From NCBI GenBank assembly GCA_003990765.1, contig RBNJ01000251.1, positions 1 through 35,430 on the forward strand: DNA of 35,430 bases, in the 5' to 3' direction. The stretch is from Jimgerdemannia flammicorona (Eukaryota). The position numbers were made by a program, and so were the translations under genes. The notes below the pieces were generated by a model, which was not told the origin of the DNA, ran no database searches, and saw only the letters and a list, made by a program, of their open reading frames with translations. Numbering within the stretch: the stretch's first letter is position 1; each line of letters opens with the position of its first letter. Positions 11,907 through 24,157 of this stretch are shown here, piece after piece.

Positions 11907-12155
11907 GTAATGAAATGCGTACGAATGTACGGAAGCGCAAAAGCATAAGTGTAAAGCGCATATGAAGTAATGTTGGGTGAATGGTAGAATTACATATAGA
12001 AGTAATGCGCCTACTGCGCTAGTACCAAAAAAGGAAAGACTATGCCTGATTTAGAAATGCCTTAGACAAACAACGGCGTTGAAACATTTTGGGCGCTATA
12101 CGCCCAAGACCTTCCTGCATTCATTGACCTGTGGTCTCAAGCGAACCCCCTCATT
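11907..12155 (-). repeat. Split direct repeat A1 (5' end of the Ngaro element)
   Basis: Matches 6714-6962; ends 7 nt upstream of the gag ATG. Confidence 0.95.
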
Positions 12156-12167
12156 GCGTTTGTCAAT

Positions 12168-12545
12168 TGTACCATTCATTCAATATATACTCCCTAAAAC
12201 AATTATATCAGAGCAAGCATATGCCCAGCTTTACAAATGAGCTCACATCTCTTTGGAATAGAAATAATGATGAACTAGTATATAATGAGTATAATGAACC
12301 TCTAATAGTTCAAGACTATTGACTATGTAGAGCTGATCTAGAGAAAATGTGTCTATATTTATATTATAGATGGATGATTAAGAAATATATTGAAGTGTCC
12401 AATATATCTCATCAACAGATATATAATTATCACTCTAATACATATAGTAATTTTCTGTCTGATCACCCTCAATATGGAAGATACCATATATGGTAATATG
12501 ATATTATGTTGATACTTATAGTATGAGGACCTACTATTTCTCACA
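12168..12545 (+). mobile_element. Helitron Rep region, continuation after the Ngaro insertion
   Basis: QDY*LCRADLEKMCLY at ~12311 and HPQYGRYH...GPTI at ~12463-12540. These motifs follow the HY.S..FVN motif (6423-6449) in fungal Helitrons. Confidence 0.7.
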
Positions 12546-13649
12546 GTGGCATAATTAATAGATAATATTACTTTGTAATAGGTGCTACTTATTTACTTCA
12601 ATATAGCCTATCTTTGCTTGATAACAGCACCAGATATATATCTGGTAGTATTACCAGAGGTAAGTCAGGTAGGATCTAAGTTATGTAATTTCTATATAAT
12701 ACATTTCTTATATAGTATTTCTAGAAAGTCTTTGAGCTGACATTTGTATTTCTTTTCCTAGAGCTCAGATACTGTCAACCTCTTCCACTCTCTACCACTC
12801 TCTCTAGTATCATTTAGGTCAGCATAGTAATTTATGTTCAGGACAATCATCTTTAGTATCATATCACAGAAAAAAGATGAAATATCTCAATATTAGTCCA
12901 ATTGACATCATCAGAGAGGACTATGCAATATGGGAGAATTGGGGTAGTGTGTATAAGGTGAGAGAAGTCAGAAATAGCAGGAATGTCCAGAATGGCAAAA
13001 ATATCAGAAACAGGAGGAGAAATATTATTGTTATCATTATCTGAAACTGTAGGAATAGTAGCAGGTATAGTCTTTTTGATTGCTTTAGGTCAGAATGGTG
13101 GAATCTCAATTATGATATTTTCTTTGCCCATATCTGTTTATCAGCAATAATGATCAATAACCACTTCATTTTATTTTATTTGTATATACTCACTTGATAT
13201 GGTTGTTATAAGTTAGATTTGGATATGTTAGAAATGGTAATAATGAGTTTAGATAGTAATAGCAATGATGAGTTAACAATGACAATGATGAGTTAAGATG
13301 GCAATAGCAAGGATGAGTTAGATACTAACAGTGATATTAGTTATATTAGCAATAGATGATCAAATTGAGTAATGCATTTATATAATGTTTTAGATATAAT
13401 GTGTAACTTAGGGGCTTGCTTGCTTGTATGTAGGTTTTATGTTAATGTTTTAAATACATATATAACTTGCATATAGATACAGTAATGCTTTAGATACATA
13501 TATAACTTGTATGCTAAGTCTGGCTCCATTATGATTTCCAGTTATTTTTCAGGCTCTCATAGTTAGTCTATAATGCTTTTCTCCTACCAATTGCATCCAT
13601 CCAGTGCTATAATTTTCATTGAGTGACAAAGGGCAGTGGTCATGAAGAA

Positions 13650-13706
13650 TGTGTGTGGCCATGAAGTGTGTGGCAGTAAAAGGTGTGGCAGTGAAAGGTG
13701 TGGCTA
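13650..13706. repeat. Tandem repeat, 15-bp period, ~4 copies (GTGTGGCAGTGAAAG)
   Basis: gtgtggccatgaagt gtgtggcagtaaaag gtgtggcagtgaaag gtgtggc. Confidence 0.8.
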
Positions 13707-14658
13707 TAGTATCAGAGTTCCTAGTTGAGCAGGACTCAGCACCAGAATATTTCTCAGTTGAGCAAGATTCAATCAAATCAATTCTTAGTTCCCAGTTGAG
13801 TAAATTACAGAAAGACCCATGCACCAGAATTCCCAGTCAGAATGACCCTAGCAAAGATTTATATACCAAATTCAGTAAACATTCCAGTCCCAGTTGACCC
13901 CAATTCAGTAGCCCAGTAAAATCAAGTCAAAACTGGAGACTGGTTCCCATGCTTTGATCAAATCGTTGGAGCTCAATTCGAATACCATGGATCTTCCCTT
14001 TGGAGCAGACCTTGCCAAGATCTTTGAAAACATTCTCACTGAGATTAACGAGATTATGACCCCTCTTCATGGAGATAAACACCAAAACGTCCAGGAGATA
14101 CCTCAAAATATGCTACCATGAGAAACTAGCCTATATCTGGAGAACCACCAAGGATCCCAGAGAGCCAATATCTCCCAAAAATCGCCAAAGATATCAGCAA
14201 TAACTTATCCAAAGCTGAAGACCATTTCCCAATCCATTGATAAGTTATTCTAGTTCTTCCAAAACTTTGATCAAAACTTCAAGTCCAAATATCTTCACAA
14301 CCAAGAGATATTTAAAGAAACAGAGATCAGGATAATTTTCTAGCAATTTGAGGCTATCTCTACACCAAGTTTCAAGAAAATAGCTCTATTTCTTAGAAAT
14401 TTCATGCTGCCTCTTTTTCTAATAAGGAAATCAGAGTATAGAGAAATTTGTATTTGGTTTGCCACCAAATCAAGCTGTCCAAGCCATCCAAAAAGCAGTT
14501 CAAGCCTATCTGGAGCAGTTAACTTACATCTGCATAAATATTCAAATTATAGTGACATAGATATAGGAAACTACCAGTATCCTGATATGATGATTTAGGA
14601 TTCAATAACTAAGTTGAAAGAATTATTGAACTGCTCAGACTTCTGTATGTTATTGTAA

Positions 14659-14812
14659 GATACTGGAGATGGCTGGAGACTACTGGATAACATTAGAGAT
14701 ACTGGAGATAGAGATATTAGAGATAGATATATATGGAGATACTAAAGATAGAGATGTTGGAGATAGATATACATAGAGATACTGGAGATAGAGACATTGA
14801 AGATAGAGATGC
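14659..14812. repeat. Degenerate GAGATA/CTGGAGATA minisatellite
   Basis: Repeated gagatactggagatagagat units. Confidence 0.75.
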
Positions 14813-15309
14813 ATGGGAGATTATATATCAATTTTGTAATGCAGGACTGCAAAGGTGCATTTATTAACTTTACTTTACTGTAAAGATGTATCATTTAACT
14901 GATTTCTCAGATATCATTGAGCTGTTTTAGACTCTGCTTTTTTAAGCTATTCAAATTGAGATATATTTATATATACAAGTTAGATTATTACAGCTAAACT
15001 ATGTTGGGGATAATTATAGAAATGGGATACAATATGAAGGCTACTTGTTTTGGAGGTGAACGGAGTATTTGGGGGCCATAAATGATATAATATTTGGTAC
15101 AAAGGTCACTTGTCCAGAGTCAAACAGAGTGTTTAGAGTAGTATGTATGGTGGGATAAACAAGGCAGAAACTAGCTAATAGTATAACTTAGATAGGGTGG
15201 ATAATCAGCTAGTGCTAAACTAATAATCATTTGTTTCAGATATATAGATTTCAGATGTGTGGATTTTGTTCACTCATTACAATATGCTAGATGTAAGAGA
15301 GTGCCATCT

Positions 15310-15960
15310 TTTGGTTTCTTTGGCCAGGGCTTCAAGGCTGTCTTCTAGGATAAGCAAATCTGAGTCCTGTGGATTGTTCAGGATGCTGTAGTCAAAAGAA
15401 AACAGAATTGTGAGATTCTGAAATTTTTTGACATAGGATAGAAGGACATAAGAACTTTATATATTACAGTAACCAGTTGGAGACTTGGTGAGGTCCACTA
15501 TCAATCCATCTTTATACATCTTTCTCTGTACTTTGAAATTTATAATAACATAGGCCAGGATAAAAGGAAGTTGAGTCCAAGCAAAGCTACTTATTCTAGT
15601 AAGGAAAACATTATAAGTGATAGGAAAGATAGAGCCAACATCTGATTCAAAACCATGCAGCTAGTTATGATACATCTCACCATAAAGGAGATGGACAAGC
15701 ACACATTCTGAAGGCTGGCATAATCAAATTAGATGATATGCACCAGCTAATATCTCAACATCAAGATTGTCATCAGAGTGTTGAATAATGGCAATATTGT
15801 GGGCCATAGTCTCATTGACAAGACCCAGTTCAGTAGCAATATTAGCAGTGATAACAATGAGCTGATACTTTACCAGAGGAGAAGAAATCAAGGTCAAGAT
15901 TTGGAAAATCTATCCTGATACAGTCCTATCAGAATACAAGTACTGAAATAGATATTGCTA
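15310..15960 (-). pseudogene. PIF1-family helicase C-terminal part, Helitron type, degenerate
   Basis: Manual minus-strand translation: ITANIATELGLVNE...WTQLPFILAYVIINFKVQRKMY..LIVDL....SYVLLSYVK....LTILFSF, a decayed form of R.QLPL..AYA.T..K.QG.T and YV.LSRV. Confidence 0.8.
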
Positions 15961-16099
15961 TAGTAGAGGAAACTATACTAGAGCCCCATATAAGGCAGCC
16001 CTCTTCCTGATATACCTCATGTTATACAAACAAATATCACCTACTTTTACAGTATTCTTTAGAGAAATATCCTAAGAATATATTCTTGAATTGAAGTCC

Positions 16100-19000
16100 T
16101 AAGGAGTACTGGGCAGGATGGCCCCAGAGCATTCAGCTGGCAATATGTGGAGAGGAGTCAGAGAGTAGGGTTGGAGATGCTGAGTACTTTAATAGGAGGA
16201 AGGGGGTTGGTGAGATTGGAGGAAGAGGTATAGTGTGGCCAGGAGGGAATCAGATGAGCTTTGCTGAGAAGCTCAAGCAGAGAGAGCTGATGACTAGATT
16301 GAATAGATAGTTGCAGGGTGGCAAGGGGAAGGCTGCTGCTGGGGGACCAGGTGGGGCTCCCTTGGGGGTACTGAGTAAAAGAACTGGTGGTTTAGTGACT
16401 AGGGGTGTGACTACTGATGAGGCAGTAACTGGCAATCTGGAAAAAAATCCAGATATAACTACTGATAGTGGGGCTGTGAAGATGGGGCCCAGATGGTTGT
16501 GGGATCTGGCAGATAGTGTAATGGGCCTAGCAGTGGCTCTGTTACTCAAGAAGTTGATCTTGGAGTTTATAGTTACTTTGTGCTTCTGGGGCTTAGTAGT
16601 GATAGCAAAAATAGTATTGGGGCTAATTGCTAAGCAGGTGGCTGGTGCAGTATCTGTGAAGTTCCTGAGGGAATTGGAAGAAGTAGAGGTGGGCTTTGAG
16701 GAGGCTGGACTATTGGAGGATATGCTGAAGACTGGGCTGAATATTGGGAAGGTGTGTGTCTGATGGCATACTGCTTGAGGTGGGTCCCCAGGGTGGTACA
16801 ACTTCTGGTGAAAGAGTATCTATGATGACTGCTGTAGAGACAAGAAGAGAGTCAAGGAAGTCATAACTGAGTATGGGGAGGTGGTTGATGTTGGGTTTTG
16901 TGTCTGAGAAGAGACCTCATTCAGGACTAGAGATGTTGATATCCAGATTCAGTTGGCCAGGAGAGAGACTACTGGGAAGACTTAGGATTGGCCTTTAGTG
17001 ATAATATGGTGGGCCTTTTTATATAAGGTGATCGGAGTAAAGAGGAGTGAGAAGGAGGAAGAAAATTTGTTTGAGGCACTAGAAGAGCTGAGTAGTATAG
17101 TAGAGTGGAGGGTGAAGGCTTGGAAGGTATATGTGAAGTTGATGCATTTGGAGATAGTGGATGGAAAGTGAGTCTATATTGATAAGGGGCTATGGAAGAG
17201 GTCTCAAGAATACAAGAGACAGAGAGAGTTACTAGCTGATCTGGAGGAAAAGATGAAGAGGATTACTGGTAGAATTGAGGATACTGGGAGAGCCAAAGTG
17301 AGTGTCTGGACTAGTGAAGGCAGAGGGAATAGAGAGGAGGGTCTGGAGGAGACCAGGAAGGTGCCAAGCAACAATCTATAAAAAGATAGTATGTTTGAGG
17401 TCTGGAAGAATACTCCTCCTCTTATCAGGTAGAGTTCAGTCTTGAGGGGCTGGGCAGCAGAGGATGTACCTATGTGAGATACCCAGTAAGTATACTTTGG
17501 AGTTTTTGAGATAGCAAAAGGGGGACAAGTAGTAGTGGCTAGTGAGAATGAATTGGTGGATGTCTCAGAAGATGAGTGAGATGAGACTATAAGTACAGGG
17601 ATTGATACCTCAATGCTGGAAGAAGGGAGGCCAGTAACTCAAGATGGGAAGAAGGTGGAAAACCTATAATAGATGTGCCAGATAATGAATAACTTAGCAG
17701 CTTGGAAGTTGGGAGAAGTGGACCTAAGAGTGCTTAGTGATAATTATTGGGTATAGATCCTATATAGAGATAGAGTAGTAGAGGTCCTGAAGGTGGAGGT
17801 GCTTGCAGTTTTCTTAGAAGAGGAAGGATATAAGGTTGATAAGACAAGAGAGGCAGAGCTAGTGATTACTGCTGGTGAGCAGGCTACCCACTAGTGGGTG
17901 GAGAGATATGGATTACAGCTCTGGCAGGAGGCCTGCTTGGAGTATTATGAGGACTTTGAGAAAAAGGAGAATGGAGAGCTAGCTAACCTACTGGTTGAAT
18001 TGGAGGTGAAGAGGGTTAAAGAGAAGGAGGTGGCTATTGAACATAACTTGGACTTAGCTCAGGAGGAGATAAATATGGAGTTATAAAAGATATACTTGAC
18101 TTTTAACATTACTTTTTATAAATAGTATAATAAATATTTTTTCTTTGAATATGAATGGACTATAGGGATCAGTTCAATATTTGAATATTTTTATTTAGCT
18201 AAAGAGATTGAAAGCTGATCTCTTTCTTTTGCAGGATATTAGATGTAAAGATAACTTGAATAGACTGGAATAGACTGGAATAGATGAAGGAATAAAGAGG
18301 TAAGGTAATTTGGAAGGACAAGGTTGGGATCCTGGTCCAGAGAGATGGAGGGAAGATATAAGATGTGAGGAGCTGAGGAGATAGACTGGTTTAGAGAGAG
18401 TGAATTTGACCAGGTTGAGAGCTGGTTACAGTAGATTTCTGCTACTACTTACTGTGTAGAGTAAATGAGTAGAATGGGTGAAGAGACTCCAGAAGAGTGG
18501 GGCCCTTGCAGAGACTGGTGTGGATATTCTTGGAGAGGACTTTAATATGGTCTAGGATATGCTGGTAGATAGAACTGACAGAGGGTGGAGGGCTGAGGAT
18601 AGGAGCAGGGGTCTGGAGATGTGGGAGGAAGTAGAAAGGCTGAGCTCTCTGGTGGATGCTGGCAGGGAGTTCTGGGGAGATAGGAGGGTATATATGTACT
18701 GGAAAAATGGCCTGGGGACAAGAATTGACTGGATGCTGATGGTGGACTTCTGAGGTATAGATGTTTGGAAGTCACTAGAAGCTGAGTGGTGTCTATGGTC
18801 TAATCATTTAGAGCTATTGAGACAGGTCATTTCAGGGGGAGTGTGGATGGGTCTGGACATTGGCACCTCAATTCCTCTTTATTGGCTGAGAAGGTATTGT
18901 GAGACAAGTGGGCTGAGAACATTTGGCAGTGAGTAGAGGATTGGATATAAGAGGGTATCTCAGTTGGTGTCCAATGAAGAAGGCTACTAGGGATTACTGG

Positions 19001-19400
19001 AGTGAGGCTGGCAAGGTGGCAGAAAGGTAGAGGAGAAGGAGGGTGACCTGGGCTTCTGCTAGATTGGCTCAGCTTCTGGAAAATTGGGTATATCTTTTAG
19101 CCCTGGAGGGAGTGGAGAACTGGAGGTTGATGTAGGTCAAGCTAGAGGTTGCTGAATTACAACAGATATTGAGAGAGAAAAAGGAGATGTAGGTGAGCTG
19201 CACAGTTATGCTAACAGAAGCTGAAGGAGGGGGAGAGGTTCTCTAAGTACCTTTCAAGGATCCTTCAGACAAAGAGAGTGAGGTAGAGATGAGAGAGAGT
19301 ACTAGATTCTAATAGTCTGCTGGTGCATAGCCCATAAGACATTCTAGGCTTATTAAAGGAGAGGTATAGAGATTTGTAAAGTGAGGAGGAGGGTGGGCAA
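16100..19400 (+). mobile_element. Degenerate L1-clade LINE copy 2 (ORF1 + endonuclease), cut off before RT
   Basis: ORF1 with KKNPDI..., EYGEVVDVGF..., ending EINMEL* at 18086. ORF2 from 18118 (IFSLNMNG; EDFN at ~18535; TRIDW at ~18718). Boundaries approximate. Confidence 0.8.
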
Positions 19401-21617
19401 TACACCTTTCACTGATAATATTAGGTGATACAAAACTCAGACAATACTTTCTGCAACGTTTTTGGTAAAAGGAGACTATCAATATAGACAGCAATGACTG
19501 TACTAGTGAGTATGTCAGCCAGGGGAGCAGCAGTGCCTTTGACTGGCAGCATGTCAGGAGGAGATGGAGGGATGGTTTGGGGATACTGGAGCCTTCTATG
19601 GTTGGTCATGGTGTTGGTGGTGGAGGGAGGGATGGATAGAGACAATAAGGAGGGGGGAGGACAACCTTTGCTGACAAGGTCAAGATGGAGAGAATGGTAT
19701 CTGGTCTAGGTAGTTGATTGGGACTAGAGAATGTGTTGATGACTGCAGTTGGGAGATAGGGAGGGGCCCACATGGGAGAGTTGGACAGTAGGGGGGGGGG
19801 GAGAGAGTAGGGGCTGGATATGTGACTACTGATGGAGCTGCAACTGGAGATCTGGAAAAAAAAATCCAGATATGATAGTTGTGGGCAGATTAGGACAGAG
19901 GGAGGGTATGAGGCCTGGAGACCTGGCAGATGGTATAACTGGTATGGTATCAGTACCATTACTCAAAAAGTCAAGGTTAGAATTTGCTGTCACATTATAC
20001 TTCTGAGACTTAACAGTGACTATGAGGATAATTTTGGGGTTAGTGGTATAGGAGGTAAAGGGGGTGGCTTCAGTGAAGTTCTTGAAGGGGAAAGAAGGAG
20101 TCAAGGTTGGATTTGAGGAAGAGATGTCATTGTTGGAGGCCTTGGAGAAGGGGGTAGTAGTGGGTGGAGTAGTGGTTTCTATGGCCAGATGCATACACTG
20201 GAACCCTCAAGTGGTGTAGTTGACATTGTTAGATCTTCCTATGATGTTGAGGGAGAGGGCCAGGGAGCTGATTGTGGAGGTAGTCAAGGAGTATGGGGAG
20301 ATCATGGATATCAGGTTCAGTGTCTGGGAGGATACTGAACTCTGGATCAGAGACATTGACATCAGGGTGAGGCTGGCTGAAAGAGAGAATATAGGGAAGA
20401 TAAGGGACTGGCCTGCAACTCTTAAGTGAGAACAAGTTGAGTGCAAAGTCTCATGGATAAAAGGAATGCCAGAGAAAGAGAAGGACTTGCTGGAGACTCT
20501 TGAGAATTTGGCAGAAGCAGTTGAGAGGAGGAGACTGGCTTGAAAGGAGTATGAAGCCAAGACAGTGGTGGAGATTGTAGATAGAAAGAGGATCAGGATG
20601 GACAAGGTGGCCTGGGAGAAGATATAGGGGAGGTGAATCCAGAAAGAGTTGTTAGAGAAGCTAGAAGGAGGTGTGGCAGATAGTGGGGCAGGAGAAGGTG
20701 GTACTGGACTGAGGGAGAGCACCTGGGCTGGGGAGTGTAGGATGGCTCAGGATGCGGCCCAGGGCAGATCAAGTGAGGAGGGACTAGGCAGCATAGTGGA
20801 GGATGCAGAAATGGGAGAGGAAGTATACCCTCAGTATGGTGACCTGGGTGGTGCAGGGGGGGAGGAGAAAATACTGGATGTACTGGAGAAGGAGTGGGAT
20901 GAGTCAGGAAGGAGGAGTGCTTTGGTGGACCCTGTGGTGGGGGTCAAAGGAGTTGCTCAGGGTGTTGCCAAGGCAGTGGATGAAGAGAAGTAGCTATGGG
21001 AGACTCTGGAGGGAGTGGCAGCTGAGGAGCTGGGGAGAGAGAACTTCTGGATACTAAGCAATAGGCATTGGGAGGAGATTTTGCATGGTGAGGAGGTACC
21101 AAGAAAGATTAGGAATGAGATTTTGGTAGTGCTCTTGGAGTCAGTGGAATATCAAGTTGATGATCAGAGGGAGGAGGCCCTCTGAGGGATGGTAAATAAC
21201 TGGGCAGAGTACTTGTGGGGTTCAAGAAAGGGGTTAGAGAAGTGGAGAGTAGTATGCATGGATTATTAGGCAGAAATAGAGGTTGTGGATGGGGTGGAGT
21301 GTTAGGAAATCCTAGAAGCACTGGATGTTCAGACTGTAGTAGAGGATGAGTTGGAGGCAGAGTGGTACTTGGAACTGACTAATGATAAGATGAGTATGGA
21401 ATACTAGACTAGGCTCTCACTATAAAACATTATTCAATATAAACAGTATAACTAAAATCTTTTCTTTAAATGTGAATGGATTGAGAGGAGTAGTACAGTG
21501 AAGGGCTGACTAAAGAGACTGGATGTGGATCTCTTCTTACTGCAGAATGTACAGTATGAGATAGATGTGGACTTATAGAACTGGACTAGAGAATGGGGTG
21601 GGGCAGCTTGTGGACTG
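19400..21617 (+). mobile_element. Degenerate L1-clade LINE copy 3, 5' part (ORF1 and start of ORF2)
   Basis: ORF1 homologous to copy 2 (KEYGEIMDIRFSVWEDTELWIRDIDIRVRLAERE), stop at 21407. ORF2 ITKIFSLNVNGLRG from 21439; interrupted by the LTR element. Confidence 0.82.
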
Positions 21618-23735
21618 TGTAATAGAGTTGCTTTTTAAGGTAACCATTATGTAGTTCTGGAAAGGTTTTCTGGAGGTTCTGGATATTCTGGAAGACCGTT
21701 TTCTTATGGTCAAGATCAATTTCATATGGAGTACATCCTCTATACTTTTTGATTTCAAGTTTGGGTTGACGTCTCAACCAAAGTCCTTTTTCAGACTAAT
21801 TCTGGATGTTCAGGATTTTCCATGTTTCAGGAAGTTCAAAAAACTAAGACCAGCTTAGTTGAATTGGCATATCACTGCAGACAATACCCAATTAGGAAAT
21901 TTCATAACAGGGTTAGGAGTGGGACCTAATGGGGAGCGGATTTACTTAAGAGTGGTTTGTGGGTTATTGAATAGGTTTATTCGCTATTCATGATATTGCT
22001 ATACTAGGAGTAGTTGTGTGAAGGGATATTGTGGGGAAGTGCTCAGGAGTTGTATTCAGATTGTTCAGGTCTGAGATTCTGAGATCTGGGGGAGGGGGTA
22101 TTTATACTAGTGAGGGGCTATCTGGACTATGCTAGATATGGATATAGCACTAAGTGCCTTGCTGAGTCGGAATGCAGTCACGTAGTACAAGTGTGATCTG
22201 ACATGTCAAGAGATTGTCTGACTGCTGAGTTAGTTCACAGTCATGTCGTATAAGGCTAATCTAACTATACTATGACTGCTAGGCTATTTATGGTTTAGGC
22301 ACTGTCTGGGTAGTCCTTGATGACATCACCATCAATTGCATCATCTCTGATGAAGTAGTTGTCTAGGAAGAGTGGTTTGTGGATTACTTCTCCTTATTCA
22401 CTAAGGTAATAATACATTGGAACTTCATCTCCATCCCACAAGATAGCATCATCTGTCTCATATGCTGGATAAGATGTTGGTGGGCAAAGAAGGGGTGCAT
22501 CATCTTCACTTTCATCAGATTCGCTGTCTGCATATCTTCTGTAGGTTACAGCACTATGAGTCATGGGGTTGTAGTAAGCTGGTGGCTGTAGTTAATGTCA
22601 CTCATACTTGGGTGGTGGAATGGTTGGTTCGATCTCGAGGGTTGTCTGGAGGTACAGGTTGTGTTCTCCGGTCTCTTCATTGTAGTTGAAGTAATCGGGG
22701 GTGAATGCAGGTTAGTATTCATGCCAGTGGTCATTTTCCCAATAAGTCTCAATTTTTTTTTTTCAAGTGTCAGCGGTCCCAAAGGACTTGACTCCCAATA
22801 AGTCTTGTATGCTATCATAAATTGTTGTAAGTTCATTGGCAAGGTTGGCAGTGTGATCAGGGTTGGCAGAGATCCTTGGCTAGAGGTCATGTCAGTGTCA
22901 GAGAGATCATTGTCTTCTGCTTTGTCTTCATCGAAGTAGATTATATCATAGATGTCCTTCCTGGCATATCCAACTTGGGGCATTTGCAGAATATGATCAT
23001 TGGGGTATAGGAAGGTTCTGTCTGTGGTTTTGATGTACTTGAGGTACTTATGGTTGAGTTCTTATATTATGTCATCGATTTGGCCATAGGACAGGGTAGC
23101 AACCATTTCAGCTATGGTAACTCAGAGGCGGGGAATAACAGTGCTATACTTGTAGAAGAGTTCTCGATGTTTGTAGGTGATGAGCTTCTGGTGTTGAGAC
23201 ATCTGGGTAATGTCTGTATCATAGTGGTGTTCGATCATGTCTTCCAGAAGGCGGCTGATCTGATAGTAGCTTGAGATTTGTCTGATTCGGTGGGCCTTGC
23301 TAAGCATGTTCAGAGCATTCCATCAGGCTTCCATAAAGTAGAGGGGTGCTAGACTATGGATATTCATGAGGGGCAGAGGGGGTGTGGCTCGGTTGACAAT
23401 GGCATTCCAAATGTCAGCGCGGATATGGGTATAGATCTCAGTGGTCATGTTTGTGTGTTTGGAAGTTGTGGTTGCTGTTTGTTTTGGTTCTCTGATTCAT
23501 ACATCTTGGTGCTCAGTATATATGCATTTGGTCCTGATTGGTAAGATTCCATTTGTGTGAATCTTGTATTCTGTGACTTCATATTGACTCAGCATTGTGC
23601 ACTGTGACTTTGGTTTGACTCAGCTTCATGATCAAGCAGGTGATTTCCAGATTTGTTCAGAGGTCATGTGTGATTTCAGTGGCTTGTTCAGAGGGTGACA
23701 TGTAATTTTAGTGGCTTGGGGGTTGTACACTTACA
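21618..23735 (-). repeat. 3' LTR (2118 bp)
   Basis: Direct repeat of 30263-32322; preceded on the minus strand by the PPT. Confidence 0.95.
22295..23448 (-). pseudogene. LTR-embedded ORF of unknown function (~385 codons), 3' LTR copy
   Basis: MTTEIYTHIRADIWNAIVNR...DYPDSA*; interrupted by transition-type stops (TGA/TAA) and one slip in an A-run. Confidence 0.7.
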
Positions 23736-23746
23736 ACTCTCCCCTT
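23736..23746 (-). other. Polypurine tract (AAGGGGAGAGT)
   Basis: Immediately 5' of the 3' LTR on the minus strand. Confidence 0.85.
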
Positions 23747-24157
23747 CTTAGCTTTTGACATTCTCATCGGGACCTTCTAATTTTGTTTTAGTGTTGTTAC
23801 ACCATTTGGGAGGTCAAAAGTCTGGTGAAGTCCATTTTTCTCAGAAAGTGGCATGCTCATAGTACAGTTGCCTAACATGTTGGATTCACATGTAAAAGGG
23901 TCATATGTTCAATGCCATGCACCAGAAGTGATTCTGACATCATTCACTGCTGGAGAATTTCCTCTAAGAAATCTTCTTAAATATCTATGCCTTGTTTCCC
24001 ACTAGTGGTATGTGGAGAATAGGCTTGCTTTCAGTTTTGCTATTTTTCCAAAGGGTCAGTATTCTTGTCTTATTTTGCTGAGTTCTTGATTTTCAATAAT
24101 TATAGTGTTCAGGAGGATAATATATAGTATGTATGGATAGGTGCAGAGTATTTGGTT

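Larger units (their letters stand above)
6445..12155 (-). mobile_element. Ngaro-type (DIRS order) tyrosine-recombinase retrotransposon, full length, A1-gag-RT/RH-YR-B1-A2-B2
   Basis: Split direct repeats; gag with C-terminal Cys/His finger; RT YIDD; RNase H; YR with R-K-HxxR-W-Y residues; no methyltransferase domain seen. Confidence 0.93.

Noticed and set aside
7980..11948. Many overlapping and antisense ORFs within the Ngaro element
   Set aside because: Expected shadow ORFs in GC-rich coding DNA; no motifs
12550..15300. Helitron 3' terminus (hairpin + CTRR)
   Set aside because: No convincing hairpin/CTRR end could be identified by eye
16250..21321. Minus-strand Pro/Ser-rich ORFs over the LINEs (also 32553-34961)
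   Set aside because: Artefacts of the purine-rich plus strand
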